Source of the DNA: an uncultured Acidimicrobiales bacterium
GTDB taxonomy: Bacteria > Actinomycetota > Acidimicrobiia > Acidimicrobiales > SHLQ01
DNA length: 64,000 bases
Direction of reading: 5' to 3'
Assembly: GCA_964610745.1 (NCBI GenBank)
Contig: CAZSYL010000002.1
Span: 43,112 to 107,111 of the forward strand
Part shown: one piece after another, positions 34,433 to 42,725 of the stretch
How positions within the stretch are numbered: position 1 is the stretch's first letter
Layout of the letters: each line of letters opens with the position of its first letter
Made by a program: the position numbers and the translations under genes
The notes under the pieces: model-generated
The model's input: only the letters and a program-made list of their open reading frames with translations
Databases searched by the model: none
What the model was told of the DNA's origin: nothing

Positions 34433-35584
34433 ATGTTTGCCGAGACGATTCACGAACCGGTCGTCACCATCATGTTGAAGAACTGCCACCAATACCGGTT
34501 GCAGTTCTTCCGGGAGCTGGAACGCAACCTCTCCCAAAAGGGCATCCATCTTCGTCTCGTCATGGGTGGCGGACTCCCTGAAGACGAAGCTAAGGGCGAC
34601 CGCGCGAGTCTCTCCTGGGCGGAAACTCGTGATTTCCGGTCAATCGACCTCGCGGGCCACACACTCTTGTGGCAGTCAGGATTCGACATCGCGCGCGCAT
34701 CTGACCTGATCATCACCGAACAGGCAACGAAACAGCTCTTCAACCTCTTCCTGTCCTATGGTCAACGCCTTTTTCGGACGCGGCACGCCTTCTGGGGTCA
34801 TGGCCGCAACTTTCAGTCCTCGATCGAAGGCTCTGCGGGGGAAGGGCTCAAGCGGGCGATGACTCGTAGAGCGCACTGGTTCTTTTCCTACAACGACCTC
34901 TCCTCTCAAGCAGCAGTCGATTTCGGTATGAATCCCGAAAACGTCACTCCGGTCATGAACTCAACCGACACCGAGAGCATCCACAACGTGCGGATGTCGC
35001 TGCCTCCCGATATCGACCAGCAGGTTCGAGCCGAGCTCAAGATGGGTGACGGCCCAGTGGCGCTCTATCTCGGTGGTGTCTACGGGCACAAACGCCCCGA
35101 ATTTGTGATCGATGCCGCCGAATACCTCCGCCAGCTCATCCCAGACTTCGAGATGCTCGTGATCGGCGATGGGAGCTCGGGACATCTCATGAGTCGGGCT
35201 GCAGATCGCCACTCGTGGTTCCATCATCTCGGCTCTTGCTACGGCGATGAGAAAGTCGCTCTTAGCAGCGTCGCGTCGGTGCAGCTGATGCCCGGACTTG
35301 TCGGACTCAACATCGTCGACGCGTTCGCGATGGGCATACCAACTATCACCACCGATATCGATTATCACAGCCCTGAAATCGAATACATGGTCGATGGTGT
35401 CAACGGTCTGGTCACACCAGCGCACGCCACTCCGTTGGACTTCGCCAAGGTCACAGCCGACTTGCTCAACGACACCGAACGATTGCAGAAAATGAGCGCT
35501 GCGGCGGAGCTTGCGAGTACCGAACTCTCGACCGGAGATATGGCTCGTCGCTTCGCCGATGGCATTGTCCAAGCGCTCCTCTAA
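34433..35584 (+). CDS. Glycosyltransferase, GT4/GT1 (GT-B fold) family
   Basis: I trimmed the track ORF to the ATG at 34433 (MFAETIHEP). The C-terminal half has the typical pattern ...LVIGDGS...LMPGLVGLNIVDAFAMGIPTITTD...EIEYMVDGVNGLV. Confidence 0.8.
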   Translation: MFAETIHEPVVTIMLKNCHQYRLQFFRELERNLSQKGIHLRLVMGGGLPEDEAKGDRASLSWAETRDFRSIDLAGHTLLWQSGFDIARASDLIITEQATKQLFNLFLSYGQRLFRTRHAFWGHGRNFQSSIEGSAGEGLKRAMTRRAHWFFSYNDLSSQAAVDFGMNPENVTPVMNSTDTESIHNVRMSLPPDIDQQVRAELKMGDGPVALYLGGVYGHKRPEFVIDAAEYLRQLIPDFEMLVIGDGSSGHLMSRAADRHSWFHHLGSCYGDEKVALSSVASVQLMPGLVGLNIVDAFAMGIPTITTDIDYHSPEIEYMVDGVNGLVTPAHATPLDFAKVTADLLNDTERLQKMSAAAELASTELSTGDMARRFADGIVQALL

Positions 35585-35733
35585 CAGGTTTTTCGCACTA
35601 AATCTGATCGCTCTCCAGCCCTTTGTTCTCTTAGCCAGGGGATGATTCGCGCACACGCAGACGCAACTCTCGCGCATCCGAAATGTGCGTGTCCGTCGTA
35701 GCAACGGACATCCCTCACAACTGGAGACTCAAA

Positions 35734-36531
35734 ATGCGCAAAAGCGTTCTACTCGTACTCGCCATCCTGGCCACCGTGCTGCTACCTGCTGGCGTCGCCG
35801 GAGCCCAAGACTCAGCCCGGGTCCATCTCATCCATGGCATTCCCGACACCGACGTCGACGTCGCAGCTGGCGGCGAAGTCGTTATCCCTGACTTCTCATT
35901 CGGCGATACCCAGGATCTTTCTTCTTTCGCCGGCACAACCCTCGGCGGCGTGGAAGTCCTCCTCGCCGGCACCGACACAGTGGCCATCGATGTTGGCGAT
36001 CTCGCGATTCCAACCTCGGGCAACATCACGGCGATTGCGCACCTCGATGCTGACGGCACGCCAACCGTGAGCATCTTCGCCAACGACACCACCACGATCG
36101 CAGCCGGTAGTGGCCGTATCGTGGTTCGCCACACCGCGGCTGCACCTGCGGTCGACATCCTTGCCAACGGCTCGGCTGCCTTCACGAACGTCGCCAACGG
36201 CGCCGAAGGTTCGGCTGACCTTGCAGCTGGAACCATCTCGGCCGAGGTCGTGCCGACCGGTACGACCGAACCTGTCGTCATTGGTCCAGCCGATCTTCCA
36301 ATCGCAGAAGGTTCGTCCCTCATTGTTTACGCTGTTGGCTCGCTCGACGGCGACAGCCTCACGGTGCTCACCGAGGTCATCGACGGTCTCGGCGCTGTGC
36401 CAAACGTGGTGAACACGGGCAACAGCCCGGTCGAATCGAACAGCTTCCCACTCGTTGCTGCTATCGCACTCGCCGCAGCTGCACTTGCTGGAGTCGCTGG
36501 CACCCGCCAGCTGGCCACCAACAAGTCATAG
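35734..36531 (+). CDS. DUF4397-like secreted protein with a C-terminal cell-wall sorting-type signal (candidate sortase substrate)
   Basis: ATG at 35734 follows GGAG. The signal peptide is MRKSVLLVLAILATVLLPAGVAGAQD. VHLIHGIPDTDVDV is a DUF4397-style repeat. The C-terminus reads VVNTG, then 10 aa, then LVAAIALAAAALAGVAG, then TRQLATNKS. Confidence 0.78.
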   Translation: MRKSVLLVLAILATVLLPAGVAGAQDSARVHLIHGIPDTDVDVAAGGEVVIPDFSFGDTQDLSSFAGTTLGGVEVLLAGTDTVAIDVGDLAIPTSGNITAIAHLDADGTPTVSIFANDTTTIAAGSGRIVVRHTAAAPAVDILANGSAAFTNVANGAEGSADLAAGTISAEVVPTGTTEPVVIGPADLPIAEGSSLIVYAVGSLDGDSLTVLTEVIDGLGAVPNVVNTGNSPVESNSFPLVAAIALAAAALAGVAGTRQLATNKS

Positions 36532-36552
36532 TCCAGGCACGTTTCTCCCCCA

Positions 36553-36578
36553 GGTCCAGACCCTCCGGGGTCTGGACC
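36553..36578 (+). other. Strong hairpin between the putative substrate gene and the sortase gene
   Basis: GGTCCAGACCC-TCC-GGGGTCTGGACC forms an 11-12 bp stem. No U-tract follows. It could act as a partial terminator or an RNA-stability element. Confidence 0.5.
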
Positions 36579-36633
36579 TCGGTGTGATCACCGCTCTCGA
36601 TTCGCAACGTCTCTCCCGTCCCCCCAGCCGAAA

Positions 36634-37407
36634 GTGATCCTCAACATGTTCAACCCGGTCTCTTTGGAACGCCCTCCACTCGGTCGTCTCCGCATCCGTG
36701 TCTGTTTGGGAACGCTGGCACTCGGCCTGACCATCGCAGCATGCGGCGGTCAGGCCGATGTGATCTCCTCGACGACGGTTTCGCAAGATTCAGCCGTTGC
36801 GGCTGTCGCTGACGATGCGGGAACGGAAATCGAAGGTCTTGACGCCGATGCTTCGCCAGACGCCGCCGCTGACGAACGACCAGGATTGTCACCACTTGCG
36901 AGCCAGGTCACCGAACTCTCGTCGGCCCTTCCCGAGATCGCCCTCGCTGGCGTCGGGGACCCGATCGGTGAACAACCACGAGCGATCAACCTTCCCTCGC
37001 TCGGCGTCATTGGTGCACCGATCGAACCGGTCGGCCTCGAAGACAACGGCGAACTCGAAGTACCAGATGCCGACACGGTTGGTTGGTACGAGTTCGGTGC
37101 GGGAGTCGATGGTGGGCGCGGCTCCACCGTTCTTGCCGCACACATTGCATACAACGGCCAGAACGGCGTCTTTCAGAACCTCGTCGATCTAGAACCCGGC
37201 GAACGATTCACAATCGAACGCGATGGTGAAGATCTCGAGTACGTGGTCGAGTCGGTCATTGACTACGACAAGTGGGAGCTCCCCATCTCGGACCTCTTCA
37301 ACGAGTCCGGCGAGGAGCGCCTCATCCTCATCACCTGCGGAGGCGCATTCAACCCCGATATCGCCAGCTACGAAGACAACACCGTCGTCGTAGCACTCCC
37401 CGTCTAA
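36634..37407 (+). CDS. Class F sortase family transpeptidase
   Basis: 257 aa with an N-terminal anchor/lipobox-like LTIAACGG. The catalytic-type motifs are GSTVLAAHIAY (His) and ERLILITCGGAF (TLxTC-like Cys). The start is GTG at 36634 or ATG at 36646. Confidence 0.85.
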   Translation: MILNMFNPVSLERPPLGRLRIRVCLGTLALGLTIAACGGQADVISSTTVSQDSAVAAVADDAGTEIEGLDADASPDAAADERPGLSPLASQVTELSSALPEIALAGVGDPIGEQPRAINLPSLGVIGAPIEPVGLEDNGELEVPDADTVGWYEFGAGVDGGRGSTVLAAHIAYNGQNGVFQNLVDLEPGERFTIERDGEDLEYVVESVIDYDKWELPISDLFNESGEERLILITCGGAFNPDIASYEDNTVVVALPV

Positions 37408-37429
37408 GGGGTCGTACCCCAAAACGAAG

Positions 37430-37450
37430 AAAGGGGTCTGACCCCTTTTT
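37430..37450. terminator. Bidirectional intrinsic terminator between the convergent sortase gene and the 37492-38484 gene
   Basis: AAAGGGGT-CTG-ACCCCTTT is followed by TT on the plus strand. On the minus strand the same hairpin is followed by TTCTTCGTTTT. Confidence 0.7.
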
Positions 37451-37457
37451 GGAAAAA

Positions 37458-37486
37458 GGGGTCAGGTTGTCTGTGACATTTTTCAC
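37458..37486 (+). repeat. Degenerate copy of the GGGGTCAGGT...TTTCAC repeat
   Basis: GGGGTCAGGTtgTCtgtgACatTTTCAC compared with the 21-mer GGGGTCAGGTCTCACTTTCAC at 46738-46981. The ends are shared and there are internal insertions. Confidence 0.5.
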
Positions 37487-37491
37487 ATGGG

Positions 37492-38484
37492 CTAGCGCTT
37501 CCAGTTGATGCGGTAGGAGAGGTCGTGGCCTGCGGCTTCGGAGTAATCGTTGATCGACTTCTTTGCGAGCTTCATCGTGACCGCGGGTGGCAAGATCCCG
37601 GCAACACGACCGAACGGGGTGCGGGCCTCGTCGACCGGTCGCTGCGTCGATGTTGGAAACGAGACCTGCACCTGTGCCTGTCGTTGGCCGGCTCGGTCGA
37701 GCAGACTCGACAGCCGAGCAAACATCTGGACCAGTGGGTCGGCCCGATGGATCGACCAGTTCGCCACCGGCATGAAGTCAACGAAGTGCATCAGGTGGAA
37801 GTTGAGGTTGATCCACATGCTCTCGGCATCGATCGTAAGCGGCTCGTTGTCGATGACACGGTTGAGCTGAAGTGAATCGATCTTGTCGAGACGACCGATA
37901 TTTCGTTCGAGTTCGTCGAGAAAGAAGCCGTCATAGAAGAGGCGCAGAGTTGAGGGGAACACCTCGATCTGTTCGGCTTCGAGGTCGGTGAGCAACTCCT
38001 TGAGAGCCGGAATTTTGGCTGCATCCATCGCAAAGGTGTTCGTCGCTGTCCCCAGAATCGAGTGCAGAAGGGCGATGTTGGGCGAATACTCCTGGTAGTA
38101 GCGAGCAGCGTAGTCGTGGCAAAAGACAAGGTGTTCGAGAAAGCTGCCGTCAGCGTGCTCCATGCTGAAATCGCATTCGGTCACCATGAAGTCGATGAGC
38201 GTCTGATCGACCAAAGGTGCTGGTGCACCATGCGCGAACTCGTCGTATGCCGCGTCGAGCGCCAGTGACGCGTCCGCACTCCAGATCGCGTCCTTTGCAA
38301 GCTTCTCCTCCATGAACATCTTCGGGAGGCCGGAGAGCGCGCCGAAGATCGTCTCGGAAATATCGAAGTTCTCCATAGCCACGACTTCGACGCGTCCTGC
38401 GTGATCGATCGCGCCGCCGCCCGTTAGCGCTGCCTTGCGTTGGAGGTTCAGCGTCGCCTTCAGTTTCGAGTTGGTCGCTTCCAT
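37492..38484 (-). CDS. Hypothetical protein (330 aa), His-rich central segment, no assigned family
   Basis: I trimmed the track ORF to the ATG at 38484 (MEATNSKLK), which is preceded by GAGGAAGGG. It contains FSMEHADGSFLEHLVFCHDYAARYY...LLHSILG and FHLMHFVDF. I recognise no homology. Confidence 0.6.
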   Translation of the reverse strand: MEATNSKLKATLNLQRKAALTGGGAIDHAGRVEVVAMENFDISETIFGALSGLPKMFMEEKLAKDAIWSADASLALDAAYDEFAHGAPAPLVDQTLIDFMVTECDFSMEHADGSFLEHLVFCHDYAARYYQEYSPNIALLHSILGTATNTFAMDAAKIPALKELLTDLEAEQIEVFPSTLRLFYDGFFLDELERNIGRLDKIDSLQLNRVIDNEPLTIDAESMWINLNFHLMHFVDFMPVANWSIHRADPLVQMFARLSSLLDRAGQRQAQVQVSFPTSTQRPVDEARTPFGRVAGILPPAVTMKLAKKSINDYSEAAGHDLSYRINWKR

Positions 38485-38644
38485 CGTCTTGCCCTTCCTC
38501 GCTCGGTGGAGCACCCATCGTAGAGACGCCATCGCGCATTGGGCACATCTTGGCGGACCCTGCTCCAGCTCCAGCGGCCGAAGCTCTTAACTCGAAGGGC
38601 TCATAGGGCAACAGGTTCGAGCGGCCCGTGGCCCGTACGCCCTG

Positions 38645-40588
38645 TTAGATCACTCGCTCGTTGCCACCGTCGATTGGGATCTGAGCGCCAGTCGTCTTCG
38701 AAAGCGTGCCATCGACGAGGGCAGTGACTGCGAGAGCCACATCCTGTGATGTGATTTCGGCAGACAAGAGATTCCGTGTCTTGTACTCCTCGACCGTCAT
38801 GTCATAGCGCTTGGCCGAGTTGGCCAGCACCTCGTCGGTCCAAAGACCGGTGTCAAAGACAGCATCTGGGTGGACGGCATTGACGCGGATCCCTTCGGGG
38901 GCGAGCTCCAGCGCCAGCACGCGCATCAACTGGGTCAGTCCGGCCTTCGAGACGCTGTACGCCCCAGCCCCGGCACCGGGGGCGGTCACATTCCTCGATG
39001 CGACGAACACAATCGCCGGGTCGACGCCGTGACGTAAATATGGGATCGCCGCACGGGCGAGCATCTGATGCGATGTGAGATTTACCTGCATCGAGGCAGA
39101 CCAGGACGCATCATCGAGGTCTTCGACACGCTGACCGGTCTGAAAGATGCCGACGGTCGACACGATGATGTCAAGGCCGCCGTAGTCGTGGACGACCTGG
39201 GCGAGCGAGCGCTCCACCATCTCAGCATCGGTGGCATCGACAATCCGTCCGGCGATTGAATCGTCCGTCAATTGGGTCACCGAATTCGAGATGTCGGCAG
39301 CGATGACGACCGCACCTTGCAACGCGAGTTCTTCGGCACATGCTCGACCGATCCCGGAAGCCGCACCGGTGACGTAGGCGATCTTGCCGGTCAGCACTTT
39401 CGGCGCAGGTTGACGACGAAGCTTCGCCTGCTCCAGTTCCCAGTATTCGAGTTCGCGAAGTTGTTCTTCGGTCAAGCCTTCCCAACCTCCGACTTCAACC
39501 GCTGGACCCATGGCCCGCATCGTGGTCGCTGCAACATCGGCCGAAACTCGAGCACGCTTGGCGTTCGGGCCGAACGAGCGCACCGACCCGTCCTCGAACA
39601 TTCCCCAGTGCGGGTGAGGGCTGAGCCTGGTGAGATTCGGATCGTTCGCCCGATCGACGTATGCGTTGTATCGATCTCTGAAGTCAGCCACCGAAGCTTC
39701 GAGGTCGTCGCCGAAGATGGCGGGGAATGGCTTGTTGTGAATGACGTGCTCGGGCGTGAGCACACCGCGGCTCACCATGTCGCCAACCGCCTCCACCGAC
39801 TCTGGGTCGATGTTGGTAGCCGGAAGCGAGATCTGCGCCCGCCCGGCTACTTCGCAGACGCACCGACGCGCCGTCGCGACCATGAGGGCATCGGAAGGTT
39901 CGATCGGTCGGAGAATCGAAGGCCCGAAGTTCTCGGAGAGATGTTGCTCGGCCTTGTCGACGAGGGCGATCGTCATCTCATAGCTCTCACGAGCATCGTC
40001 GGCAAAGGTGAATAGACCGTGATGCGAGGAGACGACACCATCGATATCGCCAAGCTGATCGATCACCGACGCGAACTGTTTGGCCAGGACGAAGCCCGGC
40101 ATGACATAGGGAAGCACGAGGACACGATCACCAAAGATGTCCGCCAGGCGCTCTTGGCCGTCTGGCAGATTCGAGACCGTGACGATCGAGTCAGCGTGTG
40201 TGTGATCAACAAACGTGTATGGAATGAGCCCGTGCACGATCGCTTCGATCGAGGGGTTGTTGGCGGTTGGAACGAACCGGGCTCGTAAGAGTTCGGCGAC
40301 CATGTCGGGGTCGCTGAGCGTGTCTAGATCAGCCAGTCGCGTCACGAGATCGCGCTTCATCCCGGTGAACCCTTCGACCCCCATCGTGGCGAGGTCGAAA
40401 CCGCTGGCCTTTACAAAGACACCATCGTGATCTTCGCCGAACCGGTCGGCCGAGATTGCCTTGACCGACGTGTTTCCCCCACCGTGGAGCACGAGCGCGC
40501 TGTCGCTGCCGATGAGGCGCGAGCTGTAGGCGCGCACGTCGAGGGGATCACCGGTAGGGGCATCGCTACCGTTCCATCTACTCTTCAC
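38645..40588 (-). CDS. Bifunctional class II aldolase/adducin-domain plus short-chain dehydrogenase protein (RhaEW-type rhamnulose-1-phosphate aldolase/lactaldehyde dehydrogenase family)
   Basis: 647 aa. The N-terminal half is aldolase-II-like (VLHGGGNTSVK...VDHTHAD). The C-terminal SDR has KIAYVTGAASGIGRA and YSVSKAG. The GTG start overlaps the upstream stop (GTGA). Confidence 0.85.
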   Translation of the reverse strand: MKSRWNGSDAPTGDPLDVRAYSSRLIGSDSALVLHGGGNTSVKAISADRFGEDHDGVFVKASGFDLATMGVEGFTGMKRDLVTRLADLDTLSDPDMVAELLRARFVPTANNPSIEAIVHGLIPYTFVDHTHADSIVTVSNLPDGQERLADIFGDRVLVLPYVMPGFVLAKQFASVIDQLGDIDGVVSSHHGLFTFADDARESYEMTIALVDKAEQHLSENFGPSILRPIEPSDALMVATARRCVCEVAGRAQISLPATNIDPESVEAVGDMVSRGVLTPEHVIHNKPFPAIFGDDLEASVADFRDRYNAYVDRANDPNLTRLSPHPHWGMFEDGSVRSFGPNAKRARVSADVAATTMRAMGPAVEVGGWEGLTEEQLRELEYWELEQAKLRRQPAPKVLTGKIAYVTGAASGIGRACAEELALQGAVVIAADISNSVTQLTDDSIAGRIVDATDAEMVERSLAQVVHDYGGLDIIVSTVGIFQTGQRVEDLDDASWSASMQVNLTSHQMLARAAIPYLRHGVDPAIVFVASRNVTAPGAGAGAYSVSKAGLTQLMRVLALELAPEGIRVNAVHPDAVFDTGLWTDEVLANSAKRYDMTVEEYKTRNLLSAEITSQDVALAVTALVDGTLSKTTGAQIPIDGGNERVI

Positions 40589-41811
40589 TTGGTGGAGGCT
40601 CCCATCAGCGAAACAAGTTGATCGACAGCGGCGTCGACAAAGACATCGTCTTCTGCCCCGGCGTCGATCTCGATGTAGCTGACCGAGTCTGGGAGAGCCG
40701 CCTGCAGAGCGTCGAGCAAAGCACGATCGGCATCCGCGTCGACGAGAGCGCCACCTGACGCTGAATAACTGCTGAGACCATTGGTTGGAGCCATCACGAC
40801 CGTGTTCTCACCAGCGTTTGCGAGACGCTGGCCGATCACCGAAGCGACGCCAGCCAGTTCCTCGGCGCTTGTGCGCGGAACGAGTATCACGGGGTTATGG
40901 AACGTGTAGGTACGGTTCGCGTACCTGTCGGGGACTTCGTTAGGTCCGTCGAGCATGATGCCGATGTGGTCGGTCCCGCCGGGCACGACCACCTGTGGCA
41001 GACCAAGCTCGGCCGCAACGGTGAGTCGGTCTTCATCAGAAGCGCGCAACCCGCCAAGTTCGGCGTCGCTCAGATCGCCAAGTGCGTAGTCGAAGACCGC
41101 ATCGATGACGCCTTCGCGCATCAGCTGCTCCATGGCACGACCGCCCGAGCCGACTGCATGAAAGACGATCGACTCGTAGCCTGCGGCGTCGAGGCGTTCC
41201 ATTGCGCGCATGGTCCCGGACGTGAGTACACCGAGGTTGGTGATGGCCACGACCGGGCGGGTGCGTTCGGTCAGACCCGTCCGAGGGACAGCTCCCATAC
41301 CAACAGCCGCTGCTGCTGCATTCGAGAGCACCTGACGCAGCAGTGGATTGACACCCAGAATGTCGCTCACCGAGAACATCATCGTGATGTCCTTGATCCC
41401 GACGTACGGCGAGGTGTCGCCCGAGGCCATGGTCGACACCATGATCTTTGGAAACCCATACGGGAGCGCCTGCATCACCTGAGACCCGTTGTTGGTTCCC
41501 TGGGTTCCACCCAGGCCTATGATTGCGTCGATCTTGCCGTCAGCGACGAGCTGGGTGGTGATCGCTATGGCACCAGCCACCATGACGGCCGATGCCACTT
41601 CGCGCGATGGGTTGACTCGAAGGTCGGCCAGGGATGTCCCACCGCGTTCGGCAACGGCACTGTTGGTGACGTCGACGTCTTGATCGGTGCCTCCCACGAC
41701 CCCGATGTCGATGATGTGAGGTGTACCGCCCGCGGTTTCGATGGCATCGACGAGGCACTTGACCTCCGCTGCCTTGGTATCCATCGTGGCCAGAATTGCA
41801 ACTGTCGTCAT
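40585..41811 (-). CDS. UPF0261 / Tm-1-like ATP-binding domain protein
   Basis: 408 aa. MTTVAILATMDTKAAEVKCLVDAIETAGGTPHIIDIGV is the typical N-terminus of this family. It is paired with the PEP-hydrolase-like gene, as is usual. Confidence 0.8.
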   Translation of the reverse strand: MTTVAILATMDTKAAEVKCLVDAIETAGGTPHIIDIGVVGGTDQDVDVTNSAVAERGGTSLADLRVNPSREVASAVMVAGAIAITTQLVADGKIDAIIGLGGTQGTNNGSQVMQALPYGFPKIMVSTMASGDTSPYVGIKDITMMFSVSDILGVNPLLRQVLSNAAAAAVGMGAVPRTGLTERTRPVVAITNLGVLTSGTMRAMERLDAAGYESIVFHAVGSGGRAMEQLMREGVIDAVFDYALGDLSDAELGGLRASDEDRLTVAAELGLPQVVVPGGTDHIGIMLDGPNEVPDRYANRTYTFHNPVILVPRTSAEELAGVASVIGQRLANAGENTVVMAPTNGLSSYSASGGALVDADADRALLDALQAALPDSVSYIEIDAGAEDDVFVDAAVDQLVSLMGASTK

Positions 41812-41858
41812 TCGTTCCCCCTGCTGATCATGTGTGCTTATTCGTTGGCGCGACGCGC

Positions 41859-42725
41859 CTAGGACTTGTCGGTGTATCGCAGACTCGCAAAGCCTTCGGC
41901 GGCCTCGGTCACGGCCTTCTCAATGGGAAGACGCTCGGTGGATGAGCCCGTCCAGAACCCGTCGGCCGAGGTGCAATCGAGCATGTACTGCGCGTCTTCC
42001 ACGGTCTCCATGGCCGCTCCATGACAAACCAAAAGCGTGTCGGGTGCGACCTCGCGCAACTTCACGAGCACTTCCTCGGTGTTGGCCGCGGTGGTTTCCA
42101 GGTCAATGCCGTTGTCGTATCCGGATAGGCCGCCCTTGGTCGTGCCGGCGTGAAAGCAGAAGACGTGCGGCTGTGCTTCCTCGCAGATCCGCAGGGCGTC
42201 CTCTTCGGTGAACGCAAGCCCGATCGACACCATGTTCATCTCGTCCTTGGCGAGCTTGAGCATCTCGATCTCGTTGTCGAGCGTGATACCCGCGCTGGTC
42301 AACACCTTGTAGATCTCCGAATCGTGATCGACGTAACTAATCGACGGGCCAATATTGGACACCGACTGAACACCCATTGCCTTAAGGTCGGCGAGCACCA
42401 TGCGCATGTCGCGCAACGGATCGTTCGCGTTGATGCATGCGCACACGAACGCGTCTCCGTTGAGCGCGGGCATGATGTCTTCGCGTGTGTAGTCGAGGGT
42501 CTGCTTGTTCGAGTCCAGGATCGGCCACATCATCGCCATCGTGCCCATGCCATTAGACCGCAGCCGCGCACCCGAGAAGGTGTTGATGCAGTCCGTGCCA
42601 GCCTTCTCCAGCAGTTTGGCCACCAGTCCCGATCCGGCGCTTGAGATCATGATGGGCAGCCCCGCCTCTTTCTTCTTCGCGAGGCGTTCGAGGATCTGTT
42701 CGGTGGTCACACGTTTCGTGATCAT
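41859..42725 (-). CDS. Phosphoenolpyruvate hydrolase-like TIM-barrel family protein (Tm-1 C-terminal domain homologue)
   Basis: 288 aa. LERLAKKKEAGLPIMISSAGSGLVAKLLEKAGTDCINTFSGARLR matches my recollection of this family. Confidence 0.75.
   Translation of the reverse strand: MITKRVTTEQILERLAKKKEAGLPIMISSAGSGLVAKLLEKAGTDCINTFSGARLRSNGMGTMAMMWPILDSNKQTLDYTREDIMPALNGDAFVCACINANDPLRDMRMVLADLKAMGVQSVSNIGPSISYVDHDSEIYKVLTSAGITLDNEIEMLKLAKDEMNMVSIGLAFTEEDALRICEEAQPHVFCFHAGTTKGGLSGYDNGIDLETTAANTEEVLVKLREVAPDTLLVCHGAAMETVEDAQYMLDCTSADGFWTGSSTERLPIEKAVTEAAEGFASLRYTDKS

Noticed and set aside
34961-35704. 247-aa minus-strand ORF, and the similar 40897-41862 plus-strand ORF (321 aa)
   Set aside because: They are antisense to the GT4 gene and the UPF0261 gene respectively. 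They have no motifs, and their composition is typical of shadow ORFs.
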